Origin: Magallana gigas
Taxonomy: Eukaryota
Direction: 5' to 3'
NCBI RefSeq assembly: GCF_963853765.1
Contig: NC_088855.1
Coordinates: 558,001-622,000, forward strand
Length of the DNA stretch: 64,000 nt
Both the position numbers and the translations under genes were made by a program. The notes under the pieces were generated by a model. It searched no databases and was not told where the DNA came from. It saw only the letters and a program-made list of their open reading frames with translations. This document shows positions 62,301 through 64,000 of this stretch, one piece after another. Within the stretch, counting starts at the first letter, position 1. The number at the start of each line of letters is the position of its first letter.

Positions 62301-63636
62301 AAGAAATTCTATCATTGTTTTATCTTAACGTAATTAAAAGCCACTGAAAATCATAAAATGGTGTACCCGGCTTTAAATAGTCTCATGTGTAGTCGTCTCT
62401 TTCTGGTTGTAAGGTCTAATCGTTGCGTGCCTGATGTTTGGTGTCACGGCCAGTAACCTAGAGGACAGAGCTGAACCTTTCATCACGTTCTTCGACACTA
62501 TAGCGGTCATATTGATTCGTCTTTTGAACTGGATTATATGGTGAGTTTTCTTGACCTAGTGCTCGAAACTCGTGGCTAAAAAATGAGCTATTTAAAAATG
62601 AATTGTCGGAGATATCAACAACTTCATCAACTTGCAGAAATGTCAGCCTCTTTATAAACTGTCAGAAAGGTCAGCTTCTTTAAAAGCTGTCAGAAAGCTC
62701 AGCTACTTGATCAATTGTCAGGAATGCAGCTTCTTTATAAACTGTAGGAAATTTCAGTTTCTTTATCGACTGTCAGACATTTTAGATTCTTTATCAACTG
62801 TACAGTCAGTTCAAGCATATCATTTACAACATACACCATTGCATAGCATTTAAATCTCATACCATAGCATTGGAATCTCATACCATAGCATACAATCTCA
62901 TAGAATCTCATTCGTCATAGCATACTATAGCATAGCATACAACATGATTTTAACTCGGTTTTAAATGTTTTAATTTTAAAGATTTAATGTTCACATTGCA
63001 GAATAGTAGTAAACGTTGACATCTTATCATTTTACATCGAAATATATGGAACTCTTCTGTGTATGGAGGCGTTTTTGTTCAAATCTCATAACATAGCATA
63101 GCTAACCATATCATTAGGCCCTTTATTTCCATTTCTCCTGGCATACCATACAAATCTCATAGCATTGCATTGAAATCTCATAGCATATCATTAAAATCGC
63201 ATACCATATCATGCAATTGTAAAAGATATGCATGAAATGAATGTAAGAAGTTTTAGCTCTTATATAAACTGCCAGACAAATTTACTTACTTTCTTTTCGA
63301 CTGTCAGAAATTTCATTTTCTTTTTCGATTGTTAGGATTTGTTGTCAACTTTTAGTTTCTTTTTCGACTGTCATAAACGTCCGTGATTTGATTTATTGTT
63401 AGGTTGACTCCTGTTGGGGTGGCAAGCCTTATTACCACAGCCTTACTGAAAGTTTCCGACATTGAGAGTGTGTTCACCAGTATGGGGATGTTTGTTCTAG
63501 CACACTCCGTCGGCATCGCTTTCCATCAACTGGTTCTTATTCCACTCGCATACTTCATCACCACCAGAAAGAATCCACTGCATTTTATGGGCTACTGCTT
63601 GCGACCGTGTTTATCAGTGTTTGGACCTGCTAGCGT
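56307..63636 (+). CDS. SLC1 (EAAT/ASCT) dicarboxylate/amino acid:cation symporter, 5' part; continues beyond the window
   Basis: Exons 56307-56451, 57606-57680, 58800-58922, 59738-59825, 59897-59939, 61673-61784, 62414-62540, 63403-~63636. Motifs: GLPGEIFMRLLKMLILPLIVASIITG, DMIRNFFPDNVVTACFQ, GLNILGLIV, WLTPVGVASLI, KNPLHF. The paralog subtype cannot be assigned. Confidence 0.92.
56780..57245. mobile_element. Kolobok-like MITE, copy 2, complete
   Basis: TTAA|aggggcatggtcacg...tgtgaccatgcccct|TTAA (TTAA at 56776-56779 and 57246-57249). Confidence 0.85.
57672..58185 (+). repeat. ~28-30-bp minisatellite, ~17 copies, each with a consensus donor CAG|GTAAGT
   Basis: Unit atcacag|gtaagtagagaacatatgtctaa begins at the true exon 2 junction attatcacag|gtaaga (57680). 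Confidence 0.95.
58235..58726. mobile_element. Kolobok-like MITE, copy 3, with a decayed right end
   Basis: TTAA|aggggcatggtcacgattttggtcaa start; the internal sequence is shared with the 5081 and 56780 copies. Confidence 0.7.
60014..60312. mobile_element. MITE with poly-G/poly-C subtermini
   Basis: Inverted termini caggcaagtagca and tgctacgtgcctg. Confidence 0.55.
62620..63375. repeat. Degenerate simple repeats in an SLC1 intron
   Basis: ctttataaactgtcagaaa-type units (62620-62810, 63255-63375) flank atctcata(c/g)catagca-type units (62820-63220). Confidence 0.6.
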
Positions 63637-64000
63637 GTGAGATAATGATAATTTTACCCATATAAAAATGTTGTAGATTCCTAATTAAAGAAACTAATAT
63701 CTGCTTAAAATCACGAGATGCACATCTGGCGAATTTTTAAGACTTGTTTATCTTTTTTTGAGGAATGCAAACTAAATGAAACTATGATGAAAAAAATTCA
63801 ACGTTCGCGGTTTTATATTCTCGCAAGTTGATGCAATATAGTAGAAATGCAGAAATAAATACTTCCGTAAAATAAAGAGTCTACAGTACATCACATTTTC
63901 CATTCAGTATGTCGTCGGTTAACAAAAATGCACATGTTGTTTTTTTTAAGTGATAATGCATAACATTTTTCTATTGAAATGAAATAGACAGTTTAGTTTG

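Overview
AT-rich, intron-dense animal genomic DNA, not prokaryotic. The repeat types (TTAA-flanked MITEs, Helentron-type elements with ~160-bp internal arrays, tRNA-derived SINE heads) suggest a bivalve such as an oyster; this is an inference. I assembled eight protein-coding genes by hand from GT-AG, phase-matched exons. (1) A minus-strand type II membrane protein in which a PKDCC/VLK-like kinase domain continues in frame into a second, Fam20/Four-jointed/GASK1-like domain; both look catalytically degenerate and the 3' end is unresolved. (2) POLR2J/RPB11, complete. (3) and (4) Two ~46% identical single-coding-exon membrane proteins with XK-like motifs, one nested antisense in a SUPT6H intron. 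(5) A C16orf89 homolog, complete. (6) SUPT6H, 34 coding exons, 1717 aa. (7) An AidB/ACDH-11-type acyl-CoA dehydrogenase, head-to-head with SUPT6H. (8) The 5' part of an SLC1/EAAT transporter. The most notable observations are the double-pseudokinase fusion and a window-wide tendency for tandem repeats to start at or just after 5' splice donors, three of them expanded into long arrays of decoy donors. Also notable are the nested XK-like gene, a ~1-kb palindrome, a foldback element with a 13-bp flanking duplication, and a hairpin element inserted into an inverted copy of itself. All family assignments come from remembered motifs; no database search was run.
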